A stretch of 64,000 nt of DNA from Podarcis melisellensis (lineage: Eukaryota): the NCBI GenBank assembly GCA_964234715.1, contig OZ174277.1; one strand, 5' to 3'. Each line of letters starts with the position of its first letter. Within the stretch, counting starts at the first letter, position 1. Under the pieces are notes generated by a model. That model ran no database searches. It saw only the letters and a list, made by a program, of their open reading frames with translations, and was not told the origin of the DNA. This document shows, in pieces, positions 50,810 through 62,566 of the stretch. The position numbers were made by a program, and so were the translations under genes.

Positions 50810-51340
50810 CTTGCTCTTTGAATCGAATCGTATTGATATGGGTAGAAATGTGGTTTTAACACCGAGCCACTGGAGATGAGAGTTTGAAAAGGGTTCTGAA
50901 AGCACGGAAGTCTGAATGTGGGGGCAACGTCTGGCCGCAGCTATTCGACCCCAAGCCGTCTTGTTCTTTGCTGGAGGGTCCCGGCGCATCTGCCGATGGG
51001 TGGGTGGTGCTGCCAAGGCAGGCGAAGGGGATGCTGCTCCCTGGTTATGGCGCTCTTGCTGACATGGCCCATTTCCTCTGGGGCTGCAGCATCCCCAGCC
51101 ACCGGCGGCTTTGATAGAGGTGCAAACATTTGGGGGCAAATTTACATAAAATACCGCGTTTAATCCCACTGGCTGCAATTAACATCACAGGCTTCCCCCC
51201 CGCGCGGGCAACGTTCTGATATGACCGCAGGGAGCCAATCAGGTGGGCGGGCCGGACACATCAAAGAGACTGTCCTCCAATCAGGTGAGCCCCCTGTCGG
51301 CATTGTGATGTCACCAGGAAGCTACTTATAGGGGGCCACG
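50810..51340 (+). promoter_or_regulatory. TBXT: TBXT proximal promoter
   Basis: TCF/LEF sites CTTTGAA 50816-22, CTTTGAT 51109-15 and ATCAAAG 51260-66. CCAATCAGGTG at 51235-45 and 51277-87. GC box 51245-50, bicoid-class homeodomain site TAATCC 51161-66, TATA-like CTTATAG near 51325. Paired TCF sites are an established feature of vertebrate T promoters. Confidence 0.8.
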
Positions 51341-51581
51341 TAATTGCTCCCCGCTTGAGCAGTTTCGAGGAGCGCCTGTCAGAGGTCAAGTGGAATTAAC
51401 CCCTCCGCACCCAACCTGCGGATCCCTCCTCCCCCTGCAACTTCGTCTATACTCCCCTCCCCGTTTGCAACTTCGAGCGGGGTCACCCTGGACAGCTTCT
51501 CCAAGGTGGAGAGCGTGGCATCCCGATACCCTGGAGGAGCTAGCTCAGTAAGGAGGCTCTCGGGCAGGGCGGGAAGGAAGG

Positions 51582-51787
51582 ATGACCTCTCCGAGCACGG
51601 ACAGCTCCGGCAAGAGCCTGCAGTACCGGGTGGATCACCTGCTAAGCGCCGTGGAGAATGAGCTGCAGGCGGGCAGCGAGAAGGGCGACCCCACCGAGAG
51701 GGAGCTGCGCGTCACCCTGGAGGAGAGCGAGCTGTGGCTGCGCTTCAAGGAGCTCACCAACGAGATGATCGTCACCAAGAACGGAAG
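51582..51787 (+). CDS. TBXT: TBXT coding exon 1
   Basis: ATG at 51582, ...EMIVTKNGR, donor AG|GTAGGA at 51788 (phase 2). Confidence 0.98.
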
Positions 51788-54700
51788 GTAGGAGAAAGGC
51801 AGGCAGGTGGAGGTGGACCGTCTCAGGTGGACACACTCATAGCATTTATTCCCAATCCTCCTGTAGCTCAGATCACGGATGGAGGACATGCCTGTCGCGT
51901 CTCGGTGTCTTCCTGTTGTTGTTTTCCGTGGGGCACACCTCATTGCTGGCTGCCTTTCTCTTCCTCTTGGCCACCTCCCCTTCTGCTACATGTCCTCTCC
52001 CTTTCCCATCGCCCTTTCCCGTGTCCTCTAAAGCTTCATTAATAGTTTCTTCTCGCTACTACTCCGTTGATCTATACAAATTCAGTTTGCAATCCCTTCT
52101 GGTGAGCTTTTCAGGCAGGGCCTTTGGTTCGCATTCACCTCACTCTTCAATTACTTGCCCTAGACAGCTCAGCTTCGTTTCTAAGGTAGCGGCTGCTCTT
52201 GGAAAGCCTCCTTAGGTGTAGGTACTTATCATTGCAGTGGCGCGCTTTCACGGTGAATTTTGCAGGCACTTTTGGCCGGCCGTCTCTCTCGTTTTGCACC
52301 TTGCGATGAGCCAAACTTCCGTCCATTTGCATCAGAGCGTTTGCTGCAAGGCAGTAAAGGGTCCCCACAACTCAGGTGCAAAACCAGGAGGTTTTGCATG
52401 GTAAGTTTGGAATGGAAACTTACCCTATCCGCAGAGAATTCTAGGCAAAACTAAGGATGGTTTTCAGCTAAGTTTTATTCTGAGTAGACTCACTGAAATT
52501 AATGAACATGTCTCAATTATGTCTATTAATTTCAGTGGGTCTACCCTGAGCAAAGCCTAGTTAAATACCACCCTAAGCAACTGGTTCCAGACAATCCTTT
52601 AAAAAGAGTCTTTAATACTCTTGCTCCAAACATTTTGACATAAAGGCAACACTACATTACATCTTATTGTCTGTAAGATGTTATACTGATTTCAGAACTT
52701 GGGCACTAGTGCTTTATGACAGTCTTTAAAAACGACTGCCTTCCACCCCCGACTATTTGCTCTGTGATGTCTCCTTCAGTTTATTGATTCCGCGAATTTC
52801 CCATCAACCTACAAACAGCTATTGTTTAGTATTTGGTTGGATTCTAACTAAGCTACCTGAACTAGGTCCCACTGAAACCACTGTGAAAAGTTAGTCATCA
52901 TTATGTGAAGCAGGGAACTAAGGTCTGGATCCAACGCTTTGCAGTCATTTCCAGAGGCGTAGCCTTTGTTAGTCCTTTGCAGCAACAGCAACAAAGGGTC
53001 TTGCGGCACCCTAAAGACTAGCATTATATATATATCACCGTAAGCCCGTTAAAAACCGAATCGGAGAAATAACATAAACAAAAACTTCTCCCGTTTCTTG
53101 TTTACAAGCGTGCACATTACTCCCAATTGAATTTCAGTGAAATCAAAGGACCTAGGCAATGAGGAACAAAATGCAAATCGCAAGTCGTTTCAATAGAATT
53201 GGCTTCCGTATAGTTTGAGGGCAATGGGCTGCTTACACCTCCGTGGTAATTTCCTAAAGACATTTGCACCTCGTCCCTAAAACTGTTTATTCGCCAGGAA
53301 TCGGACGGACGCCAGCGCTTCCTTTCAAAATAAGGCGGCTTGGGGTCCCTAATGGACGGCGAGCCTGTATGGCAAATCCCGTCCCGTGGATTTCACTAGG
53401 CTTTAGTGGAAGCCAGTGGAAGTCGACCAGCCTTACCCCTTGCACGTTTACTTGGAAGTAAACCCCAATGGGGCTTCCTTCCATGGGGCTTCTTTCGTAG
53501 GAACGGCAGCCCAACAGCCTAGTCCTGTTGGGGTGAAATCAGACCTATTTGGCTTGAGTGAGGATTGAGGCCTGAAGAACCTGTGTGAAAGGAAGCCCGA
53601 GGGAGGCCTTGCTCTCCGCGAAGCCGGGCGCTCCCTTGGCTCGGGCTTTCCCCGCTCCTCGCTCTCTCCTGGGGCTCCGAGGCCTAGCCGGAGGGCGCGC
53701 CCGCCTCTTACCGGGCCTCTCCTCGCGTCTCCTTCCCTGCTGCAGGCGGATGTTCCCCGTGCTGAAGGCGAGCGTGTCCGGGCTCGACCCCAACGCCATG
53801 TACTCCTTCCTGCTGGACTTCGTGGCCGCCGACAACCACCGCTGGAAGTACGTGAACGGCGAGTGGGTGCCCGGCGGCAAGCCCGAGCCGCAGGCCCCCA
53901 GCTGCGTCTACATCCACCCGGACTCGCCCAACTTCGGCGCGCACTGGATGAAGGCGCCCGTTTCCTTCAGCAAGGTCAAACTCACCAATAAGCTCAACGG
54001 AGGCGGACAGGTGAGGAAGACCCCTGGGGGGCCCCGCGGCCTTCCCTTCCTAACCTTTCCCTCAAGCGGTTGCCCGCCTCAAAAGCGAGAGCGGTGCCAC
54101 TATAGAACAGGCCCCATTCCCGAAATGGGAAATAACCTTCGCGCGCCCTTTCTAAGCACGTTTTCCCCATCCTGCGGACAGAACGCTGCTGATTTGCTTG
54201 GCGTTAACCTCAACTAAGCGTGCTTAAGGCTACAGCCTAAGTCTCATTTCCAGTTCACGACACAGTGATGTGCAGAGGTCCAGTACTGAGAGGTTGGAGG
54301 AGCGTTTCCCTTTCTTTTGCACTATATGAACAGGTTTCCAGAATTTGGCGGTAGGAGATGCTAGTTACCTCAAGGAATAGTGGCTACCAGTTTTTCTGAG
54401 CCTCCTGAAGACATTGGCAGTTTCCAGAAAGAGGATCTGTGTGTGTCTCTCTGTGTCTATATTTTATAGAATAGAACGGTGGGGCTACTGTGTAAGTGTA
54501 ACACTCCTTACATCAGGGGTCATGGTTTGACCCCTGTTCCCAGGCTGCAGTGTTACTCATTGTTACCCCTTTCGTTCATTTATTGCTAGCTAGTTTCAGG
54601 TGTTCAGTGACCACAGTGTGGGGACATTGGGATCAGGCCTTCTGCCTGTCCCCTCTTCCAGCTTCCACAACTTTGTCTGAAGGGACCCCATGCATAGGCA

Positions 54701-57700
54701 CCTATGTAAGCCCAGTTCAGACCTTTGGAGAAATTTGTGGAAGATGGCAATGTGGGCAACCGGGCATTCTCATGTTGCTACCCTCCAGACCTCCCGTGGA
54801 AGAAGCACACAGAGAAGGGTTCAGATGACAATTGCAGGGTGCAGGTCTGTTCATGTGGACACAGGGGATCCTTGAAGTATTGGAGTTATGGGATTTGAAA
54901 GTTTTAAATGTCAAAATTAGCACTTTGAATTGAGCCCAGAAATTAGTTGATAAGCCAGTGCAAAGTTAGCATCTGATCATTCTAGTCTTTGGTCTGCCAC
55001 TTTGGAATAACAGTAACCAGTCTTCATGTGACTTTCAAGTACAAGAAGGATTAACAAATATAACCTCAAAAAGCTCTCTTGAGACTGTAACCCCATGCAC
55101 GCTTACCTGGCAGTAAGACTCATTGAATGTAGGGGGGCTTCAGAGTCCACCTGAGTAGGCTTGTGCTGTTTAACTAAGAAAGTAGGTGGTAGCACATTGT
55201 GGGATAGAGAGCTAGCTCAGCAATTGACAAATTTTGGAAACTTTAGAATAGACTCCAATCATCAGGAAAACTTAAGATTTCCATTAAGGATAGTTTCATG
55301 TGTGTCTTTACTGTCATTTCTCACTTTGTATCCTGGCTATTAAACCAACTTAATGCTTAGTTCAGATGTTTACTTTCTCCAAAGCTGGTTACTATAGTTC
55401 CCTAATTTTGATGAAATAGGAAACTGATTAATTAGAGGCTTCTTGATTTGATTGCTTAACCCATGAATGGGCTGTATGCACAGGCAAAATATTGGTTAAT
55501 ATTAAGCTGAGATATGATCATTTGAACTGGGCCATTATTTTAAATAAGCGATTGAGACAGTTTGGTTGCATAGGGTTGTTTAAACCAATGTACTTAAATT
55601 AGTCACATCTATTTATTTCAGTAAGTTTATGCTGGGTATCACTTAGCTGTATACAAACCTTGGCTGCCCCCCCCCCATTTTTTATATTTAAACTAGTCAG
55701 TTGCTCTTTGTCATCCTTTAAGAAAAACCCACACCATATAGTAGTGTAATATCAAACATTTTCTGCTGCTGTACCTATGCTGACCACTGTTCTCCTAATA
55801 TTGACAGATCATGTTGAACTCCTTGCACAAGTATGAGCCTAGGATTCATATAGTGAGAGTTGGTGGCCCTCAGCGAATGATCACCAGTCATTCTTTCCCG
55901 GAGACCCAGTTTATAGCTGTGACAGCTTACCAAAACGAAGAGGTAGGAACAAAATGAAGACGAGCCCTGCATGGATTTTCCTTCTTTGATGCACCAAAGG
56001 ACAAATTTGTGGCATTAAGGAAGGGGATGCTAAGGTGGTAGTGGGAAATGTTGATTGTGTACAAGAATTTAAAAGTGAAAGAGATGCAAGAATTGTTATT
56101 CTCCACCGAGAATTGGACAATTAAAAAGCAGCGGAGTGTCTGGAAGGTAGGTAAATTGGGAGAAATGTTGTAAGTATAAGAAGACTAAGCCGAGTAAGTT
56201 TTGTGTATTGTGTATTTCCTTGTTTGAAGGAAAGAGGTTTTGAAGACAAGATTTGAGCAGCTATTAGCCAGAGATATTTAATCATAGTAGGGACAGCTGC
56301 ATATTCCTGCCTTGCAGGGAATTCGACTAAATGATCCTTAGAGTCCCTTGCAACTCTAAGGAAGGGTTGACTTTATAACATGGAGGTTTGGACAAATAAT
56401 TCTATATATCTTATTTCATACTTCTAGTAAAAGGTAACCCCTTTGCTGCATTTTCAGTTGAATGTCAAATGAACTTGTTTAGTTAAAATTATCCTTTTAT
56501 TCAGACAAAGAAGAGCAACACTGCTGTAGTTTCTGACCTTATGCCTTCACATCACAGCGTTCTTTGTAGAAAATTCTAATTAAATGTTGGACTTTTTTCC
56601 AATCCCCCACCCCTGAACTATGTGGAATTTGTTTTTAAATAAGATGTGTTTAAGACCTTCATCAAATTTAAGGTGTTGTGCTGACACAATGTATCAGGCT
56701 AAAATATAATAAAACATTCACAGATTTTCAATACATGCAAGATTTTGAGGATATTTAATGTAGAAAATAGTTTCAAGGTGACAGCATGATCAAACATTCT
56801 CATTTTGAAAAACTCACTGTAAAGAGATTGTTTGACTCAAGAACCTAGATTGCGTACCGTTAACACCAAACAACTTTTCACAGGCTGTAAATTGAGAGAT
56901 GATGTAAAAATCCATATTTTAAAATGTTTGATTGCATCCCCACCCCCTGTCAGCTGAAAAGAGTATTGGAAAATCCCAAACCTGATTACATAATGTGTGA
57001 AAATAACTGTTGAAATATCAAGAGTAGCTTCACCATGGACTAATATGTGATATTATTTTATGTTGCTGTATACCTTTAACCTATACCCTAATGTAAAATC
57101 CCACAGTTTCTCATTTAGAGTAGTGTAAAGGAATGTAAAGAATGTGATTGCTTAGTTGCCAAAATAGGGTAAAGAATGTTGCTTGGGTATGTTTATATAA
57201 ATGTTAATCTTTCTTTATATGTGTCCTCTTTCTAAGAATGTAATAAGTAACCACCAGTCTAGCCTGTTGCGTCTGAATCAGTTGCTAAAGTTTAATGTAA
57301 CTATTATATTTCTAGCTTTCAGTATCCAATTAAACTCAGGAGAAGATTCAGGATTTGTTGTCATTACAGTTTCTGGGTCAACTTTTTATGAAAAGTGTTA
57401 TTTTCATAACTGATACCAAAGTAGTATAGCTAATCAAACTGCATGATCAGCAGTAACTCTTGAGTATTGTTTCCCAAAAAAGCTGGAGGGCAAGCCCACC
57501 AAATGTATTTGCTTATTTAGGAAAATTTATAAACAAGTTAATAAAAAGCCCTCAAGTGGTGAATATAAAAATTTATATATCCAAAGATAGAAATGTGTAT
57601 TTGCCTCTAAACACCCCTTTCAGCATAAATAATTTCCAAAACAGTGTGGGGTGGGGGTGGGGGGTGGACATAGATTTCACAATGGTTAAATATCAGTGAG

Positions 57701-60700
57701 TGATAAGTTTTCAAATACTACATTATGTGAAAAACATAATGAGCAGTTAAGGAGCCTGAAACCAAATTGTCTTCTGTTAATTCTGCAAGCAACACTTTCA
57801 GTTTCCCACATATGAAATTTTAACTTTTTGTGTTTCCTTGAATAACAACTGGTAAAGGTGTGATACAAGTCCTTTGCTGTTATATTATGTGTGCTCGATT
57901 AATAACTCAAAAGATGTTAACTATTTTGTTTTTAATGTGACCGTGATATTCATCATCAAGGTATTTTTCACTGTTGTGTTACCCAGAAACCTGAAACTTT
58001 TTATAACTGTTTTTAGTGTAACCCCCCCCCCCTTATGTACTTCCTTAACAGGATAATAAAACCAGGCATTTAAATCAGGCAAAGTGGGTGGGGGGGTGTT
58101 GTGGTGGAGAGAATGATTTCAAAGCATGCTATTGCAGTGTGTGAGCTGTTTAGTTGCTGTTTTGTTAATTCCATTCTGAGCCATTTTCCCACTAGAAACC
58201 ATTATGAACTACCCTGGGGAGTTGGTAGAAATGTTGTGTGACTATGAAAAAAATGTGTAAAAATGTCAATTTGAGACTTTTTGTTTGTGTTTTTTTTTAG
58301 ATAACAGCTTTAAAAATTAAGTACAATCCCTTTGCAAAAGCTTTTCTTGATGCAAAAGAAAGGTGAGATCTGTTGTCTGCTTTCAGTTGCATTTATGAAT
58401 CATATTTCTGCAAAGAATTTAATCTTTTTTGGCTATAAAATATGATTTCTTTGGCAGAAGTGACCACAAGGACATGATGGATGAAGTGGGAGATGGTCAG
58501 CAGTCAGGGTATTCGCAATGTATGTCTAAGCTCTCTTCTGAAAATTATTTTATAGTATGCCTCCAAAATCAGTTCTCCTTTGCTCAGGTACCTTTTTTTG
58601 CTATGTATCTAAGGATATTTTAAATAAATATAGTACAAGTCAAAGTGCTGACTTGTAAATGTGCCCTTTTCCAAAACGTTGTAGCTACTTTTGTTTCTTT
58701 TGCCTATATCTTCTGGTTTTGCATTTTTCTAATTGTGTGCAGTATATTTAATCACAAAGACCAATAGTATATTTTTAACAGTTCTTATAGTGAGATCCAT
58801 TAGTGTAATAGTGCTCAACCTTTTTTTCCTTTTTTTTTCTTTTCCCCTGCTCCTTCTTGAACATTGAGGGAGAAGAAGAATCTGCACCCAGTTTCCCAAA
58901 GCACACACTGGGGAACAATGGGATTGTGAACAATTAAGTAATATAATATGGGATGTATTTATTCACAACTAAGTTTTACTCTGAGTAGACTCACTGAAAT
59001 TAATGGACTTAACTTAGTCACATTCATTAATTTCAGTGAGTCTGCTCTGAGTAAAACTTAATTAAATTCCAACCTACACTGGCAACTTCTTTCTTGAGCC
59101 AGGATAGAATTTGCACATTTCATAACGCCTTGACCAAAAGTAAATCTATGCTTAGCAACAGTCCATATCCCACTGAAGTTGTCACTGAAACTCTCCATTG
59201 CTTTTAATGGCAGAGGCCTGCATCTATAATCTTTGATGTAGGGAACAAAGCATTCTGTGTGTCTCATGGAAGCATTTATATCCATGGAACTGAAATCCAT
59301 GGAGCTGGAAATACAGAAGAACAGCTATGCAGTTTCGCTGCCCTAAATGAATAAAATGCAAACACTAGGCCAAGCATCTCACAAATTCTGAAAGAGGCTC
59401 TCTGAAATCCCATTGAAATCTATGAACGCTGGCAGTAGTGTAAAGTTTTTGGGTATTTGAGTGTGATGTTACCCTTGCTGGAAGTGGAATGCACAGTTTG
59501 ATGACATCGCAAGTGAGGGAATTTATTTATTTATTTATTTAATTGTCTTTCTCCTAAGTTGGGATTCAGGGCAGCTTACAACATTATAAAATACAGAGTC
59601 GTAATGTTGTTGGGAGAGGGAGGAGAAGTTATAACAAGGATGCTGTTTTTGTAGCTCCTCTGTAAATATAAGGATTTAGTTACTTGGTGCTCTGGGACCT
59701 CAGTTGCGCACAAAGGCCTCACTGCATTTTGGACAGGTCTTGCTGCTATGTGTTGGTCTAGTGAAATGTCTCCTCCTCTTGCAGTAGGTGGCTGGCTGAT
59801 TCCTGGAACAGGGACTCTGTGCCCTCCTGCCAATCCTCACCCACAGTTTGGAGCACCTCTGTCACTCTCCCCTGCTCACAGTTGCGAAAGGTACTCATCC
59901 CTGAGGAATCACCGCCCTGCCCCTTATCCGAATCCATACACTCATAGAACCAATTCTCCAAGTAAGTTTATTTATTTATTATTATTGGCCTCTGGTGGTT
60001 TGCTGTTGTGGGAAATCAGCTGGCTGATCAAATATCAACATGAACATACAGAATGGACAAAAATCTGTTCATAGTGCACTTGATGACTGTTGTCAAGAAG
60101 TAGCAGGCAGTGATTTGATTTATTTTTCACTCTGCCTTATTGCTTATTAATGCGTTGTGTGTGTGTGAGCCAAGTGATTTTTGTTTTACTTCTCATTGAC
60201 AGCCTATTATTAATATCATTTATTGTTCATTCTCTGTGGGAGTCTAGTATATGCCTATTTCACAGACTTAAACCAATGCTGGCAAGAAGCAGCACTCAGT
60301 TAGAGACTGTCTGTGCCCAGTGTCAAGTCCTTTCCTTGGCATCTACCTGCTGAACCAGGTATTTGAATCAAAACACTTGTCTGTGCAAAATTCCATCTAT
60401 AGTCCACAAACAAAACCAAAGGAGGAAAACAAATCACTTTGACTCTCCCACCCACTGCCAGATATAAATATAAATATTTCTAGAGCTTATATTTGCACTG
60501 AAAATAGGGGCTTCGCTTCTCATACAGATGCTTTCCTTTACAGCAGCATATGGTGATAGTTCTTCAGCCTGCCTTTCTATGCTCCAATCCCATGACAACT
60601 GGTCCAGTTTAGGTGTCCCACCCCCGACAAGCATGCTGCCTATGAGTCACAGTACCGGTCCACCAACCAGCTCCAGGTAGGCTGTATTCCCTGAGCAAGG

Positions 60701-61900
60701 AAGCCATCAAATTTCTATAATGTGGAATGTGACTTTTTCGTTAGGAAAACTGCTGAGAAAGTAACACGGATATTGGGTGTGGGAAATCTCGGGCCTGCAA
60801 GTCTAATAAAGCCCAGCACACATCCCAGTTAGGGCCATTTTTTCCAAACCATGCCAACCTGTCCCATACTTGATGTAAGTTGCGCCCACAAAAGATTTGT
60901 TTTTTTGTTTTGAGTCACTTGACATCCTTGTGATGTCAGGTGATTAACAGGTGGGTGTCTCACCCACCTGTCAAAATGGCCTGTGTGTGTCGGGGTATTT
61001 GGAATCCAGCCCACTGGCCCGAACATGTTCCCCGCCCCTGACTTGCAAGGAGCTAAAGGGGTTACAATTAGTTGTTTTTTAAGAAGTGGGGGATGCAACT
61101 ACTTCTCCTTCCTATGGACTTGTCTTAAGGACCTCTGGTGAGGTGGGACTTTATTTCCCTTTGAAGGATTTCCCAATTCGGTTGAAGAACCTAAAATTCT
61201 GCTGTGAACCTAATCTGCATACTAATTGCCAAAAACGGGGAAAATATCATTCTAAGAGCTGTCAGGTATTTTATGTTCTCTGGCTGCCAGCAGGATTCCA
61301 GAGGGACTGTGTGCAAGCAAACAAATTCAAAAACATTTCTCCATTTTGCAGAATGCCCAAATGTGTTGGTAGCATAATAAAGGAATTATACACCATCAAA
61401 TTGGAGGAAGGGATTCATAATTATCTGATGTTGGAACCCAGTGTGACATCTTCTATCCCCACTTTTGCAGCTGGGGCTTGGAGGCTGGAAGAATAAACTG
61501 TCCAAGGCTATGCAATGCCCACATGACTGGAGAGAGTCCAAGTTCAACATTCTGTTCATGAGGCAGTACTGGGCCTCCAAGTCAAGCTTGCATTCTGAAA
61601 TCTCTTTCTTTCTTTCTTTCTTTCTCTTGCAGCCAGTATCCCAACCTGTGGTCTGTCAGCAACAGCACCGTCTCACCTGTGTCACAGTCAGGTGGGATGC
61701 CCAGTGGGATAGGATCCCAGTTTTTACGAAGCTCCACGGCCCACTATCCCACCCTCCCTCATTCTGTCACCACCCCTTCCTCAGGATCTCCATTGTACGA
61801 CAGTGGGACCCCTACAGACGTTGCCGACAGTCAATACGATGCATCAGTGCATGCTAGACTTTCTTCTACATGGACTCCCGTAACAACCCCTTCTATGTAG
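51582..61900 (+). CDS. TBXT: Brachyury / T-box transcription factor T; join(51582..51787,53746..54010,55808..55942,58301..58362,58458..58519,59785..59961,60544..60676,61633..61900), 1308 nt, 435 aa
   Basis: Exons translate to a recognisable Brachyury ([40 protein letters not shown]...; T-box MFPVLK...[15 protein letters not shown]...[15 protein letters not shown]; C-terminus WTPVTTPSM). All introns are GT-AG and phase-compatible. Exon sizes 206/265/135/62/62/177/133/268 match the vertebrate TBXT structure as I recall it. Confidence 0.98.
53746..54010 (+). CDS. TBXT: TBXT coding exon 2 (T-box)
   Basis: Acceptor ccttccctgctgcag|, [20 protein letters not shown]...KLNGGGQ, donor CAG|GTGAGG. Confidence 0.98.
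55808..55942 (+). CDS. TBXT: TBXT coding exon 3 (T-box)
   Basis: ttgacag|ATC; [45 protein letters not shown]; donor GAG|GTAGGA. Confidence 0.98.
58301..58362 (+). CDS. TBXT: TBXT coding exon 4 (end of T-box)
   Basis: ttttttttag|ATA; [20 protein letters not shown]; donor AG|GTGAGA. Confidence 0.98.
58458..58519 (+). CDS. TBXT: TBXT coding exon 5
   Basis: ttggcag|A AGT; [21 protein letters not shown]; donor T|GTATGT. Confidence 0.96.
58970..59060. repeat. Palindromic MITE-like hairpin in TBXT intron 5 (36-bp arms); sister copy in intron 1 at about 52455-52575
   Basis: TAAGTTTTACTCTGAGTAGACTCACTGAAATTAATG ... CATTAATTTCAGTGAGTCTGCTCTGAGTAAAACTTA; 2 mismatches, one of which is G-U in RNA. Confidence 0.9.
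59785..59961 (+). CDS. TBXT: TBXT coding exon 6 (symmetric phase 1-1, 177 nt)
   Basis: ctcttgcag|TAG GT; [22 protein letters not shown]...HRTNSP; donor A|GTAAGT. Alternative acceptor gives a start at 59788. Confidence 0.96.
60544..60676 (+). CDS. TBXT: TBXT coding exon 7
   Basis: cctttacag|CAG CA; [44 protein letters not shown]; donor AG|GTAGGC. Alternative acceptor gives a start at 60547. Confidence 0.95.
61633..61900 (+). CDS. TBXT: TBXT coding exon 8 (terminal)
   Basis: tttctcttgcag|C CAG; [22 protein letters not shown]...[11 protein letters not shown], stop TAG ending at 61900. Confidence 0.97.
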
Positions 61901-62289
61901 GCCTTTCCTTTGGACAAAGGACTTTCTAGCTGCTCTAAACCAGGAACACAGAAGTAACGTTTCAGGAGGGCAGAAGGAAAAGGCACATGCTAGCAGTAAT
62001 TGCTAGCAGTAATTGCTTTATGCTCATCTCAGTATTAGAGTGTGATGATAGTGGCACAGACACCTTAAGAAAGCGGGTATGAAACTTGTTTGGCAGCACA
62101 GGCCATGTTGGGAGTGTTGGCCACCCCTTTTTTCCTCTCTGCAGTCATGAGGGCAAGAAATGTTGCCAACCCTGAGATACAAGGGCTCTCCCTTTTCAAA
62201 ATAGGCCTTTTCAGTTTTCAAATTTCACCAGAAGCAAAATGCACCAAAATGGGAATGAGCTGGTCATGGATTATATATATTTTTTTACT

Positions 62290-62566
62290 NNNNNNNNNNN
62301 NNNNNNNNNNNNNNNNNNNNNNNNNNNNNNNNNNNNNNNNNNNNNNNNNNNNNNNNNNNNNNNNNNNNNNNNNNNNNNNNNNNNNNNNNNNNNNNNNNNN
62401 NNNNNNNNNNNNNNNNNNNNNNNNNNNNNNNNNNNNNNNNNNNNNNNNNNNNNNNNNNNNNNNNNNNNNNNNNNNNNNNNNNNNNNNNNNNNNNNNNNNN
62501 NNNNNNNNNNNNNNNNNNNNNNNNNNNNNNNNNNNNNNNNNNNNNNNNNNNNNNNNNNNNNNNNNN
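62290..62566. other. Assembly gap (N run) in the TBXT 3' UTR region
   Basis: 277 Ns; the TBXT 3' end cannot be fixed. Confidence 1.

Larger units (their letters stand above)
45250..54250. promoter_or_regulatory. CpG island cluster / CpG-retaining domain over the TBXT 5' region
   Basis: CpG is visibly abundant at 45250-46650, 48050-49460, 50900-51950 and 53260-54200, and persists in AT-rich spacers (46900-47300), unlike the CpG-depleted flanks. Judged by eye, not computed. Confidence 0.75.

Noticed and set aside
53585-54217. 210-aa ORF as a standalone gene
   Set aside because: It is TBXT exon 2 plus read-through into GC-rich intron flanks.
57856-57863. Perfect AGGTGTGA half-site in TBXT intron 3
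   Set aside because: An isolated 8-mer; about two are expected by chance in 64 kb across both strands.
58520-60543. Hominoid-style inverted-repeat pair looping out TBXT exon 6
   Set aside because: Exon 6 is symmetric (177 nt) and intron 5 has a hairpin element, but I found no complementary partner in intron 6 by eye. A self dot-plot would settle it.
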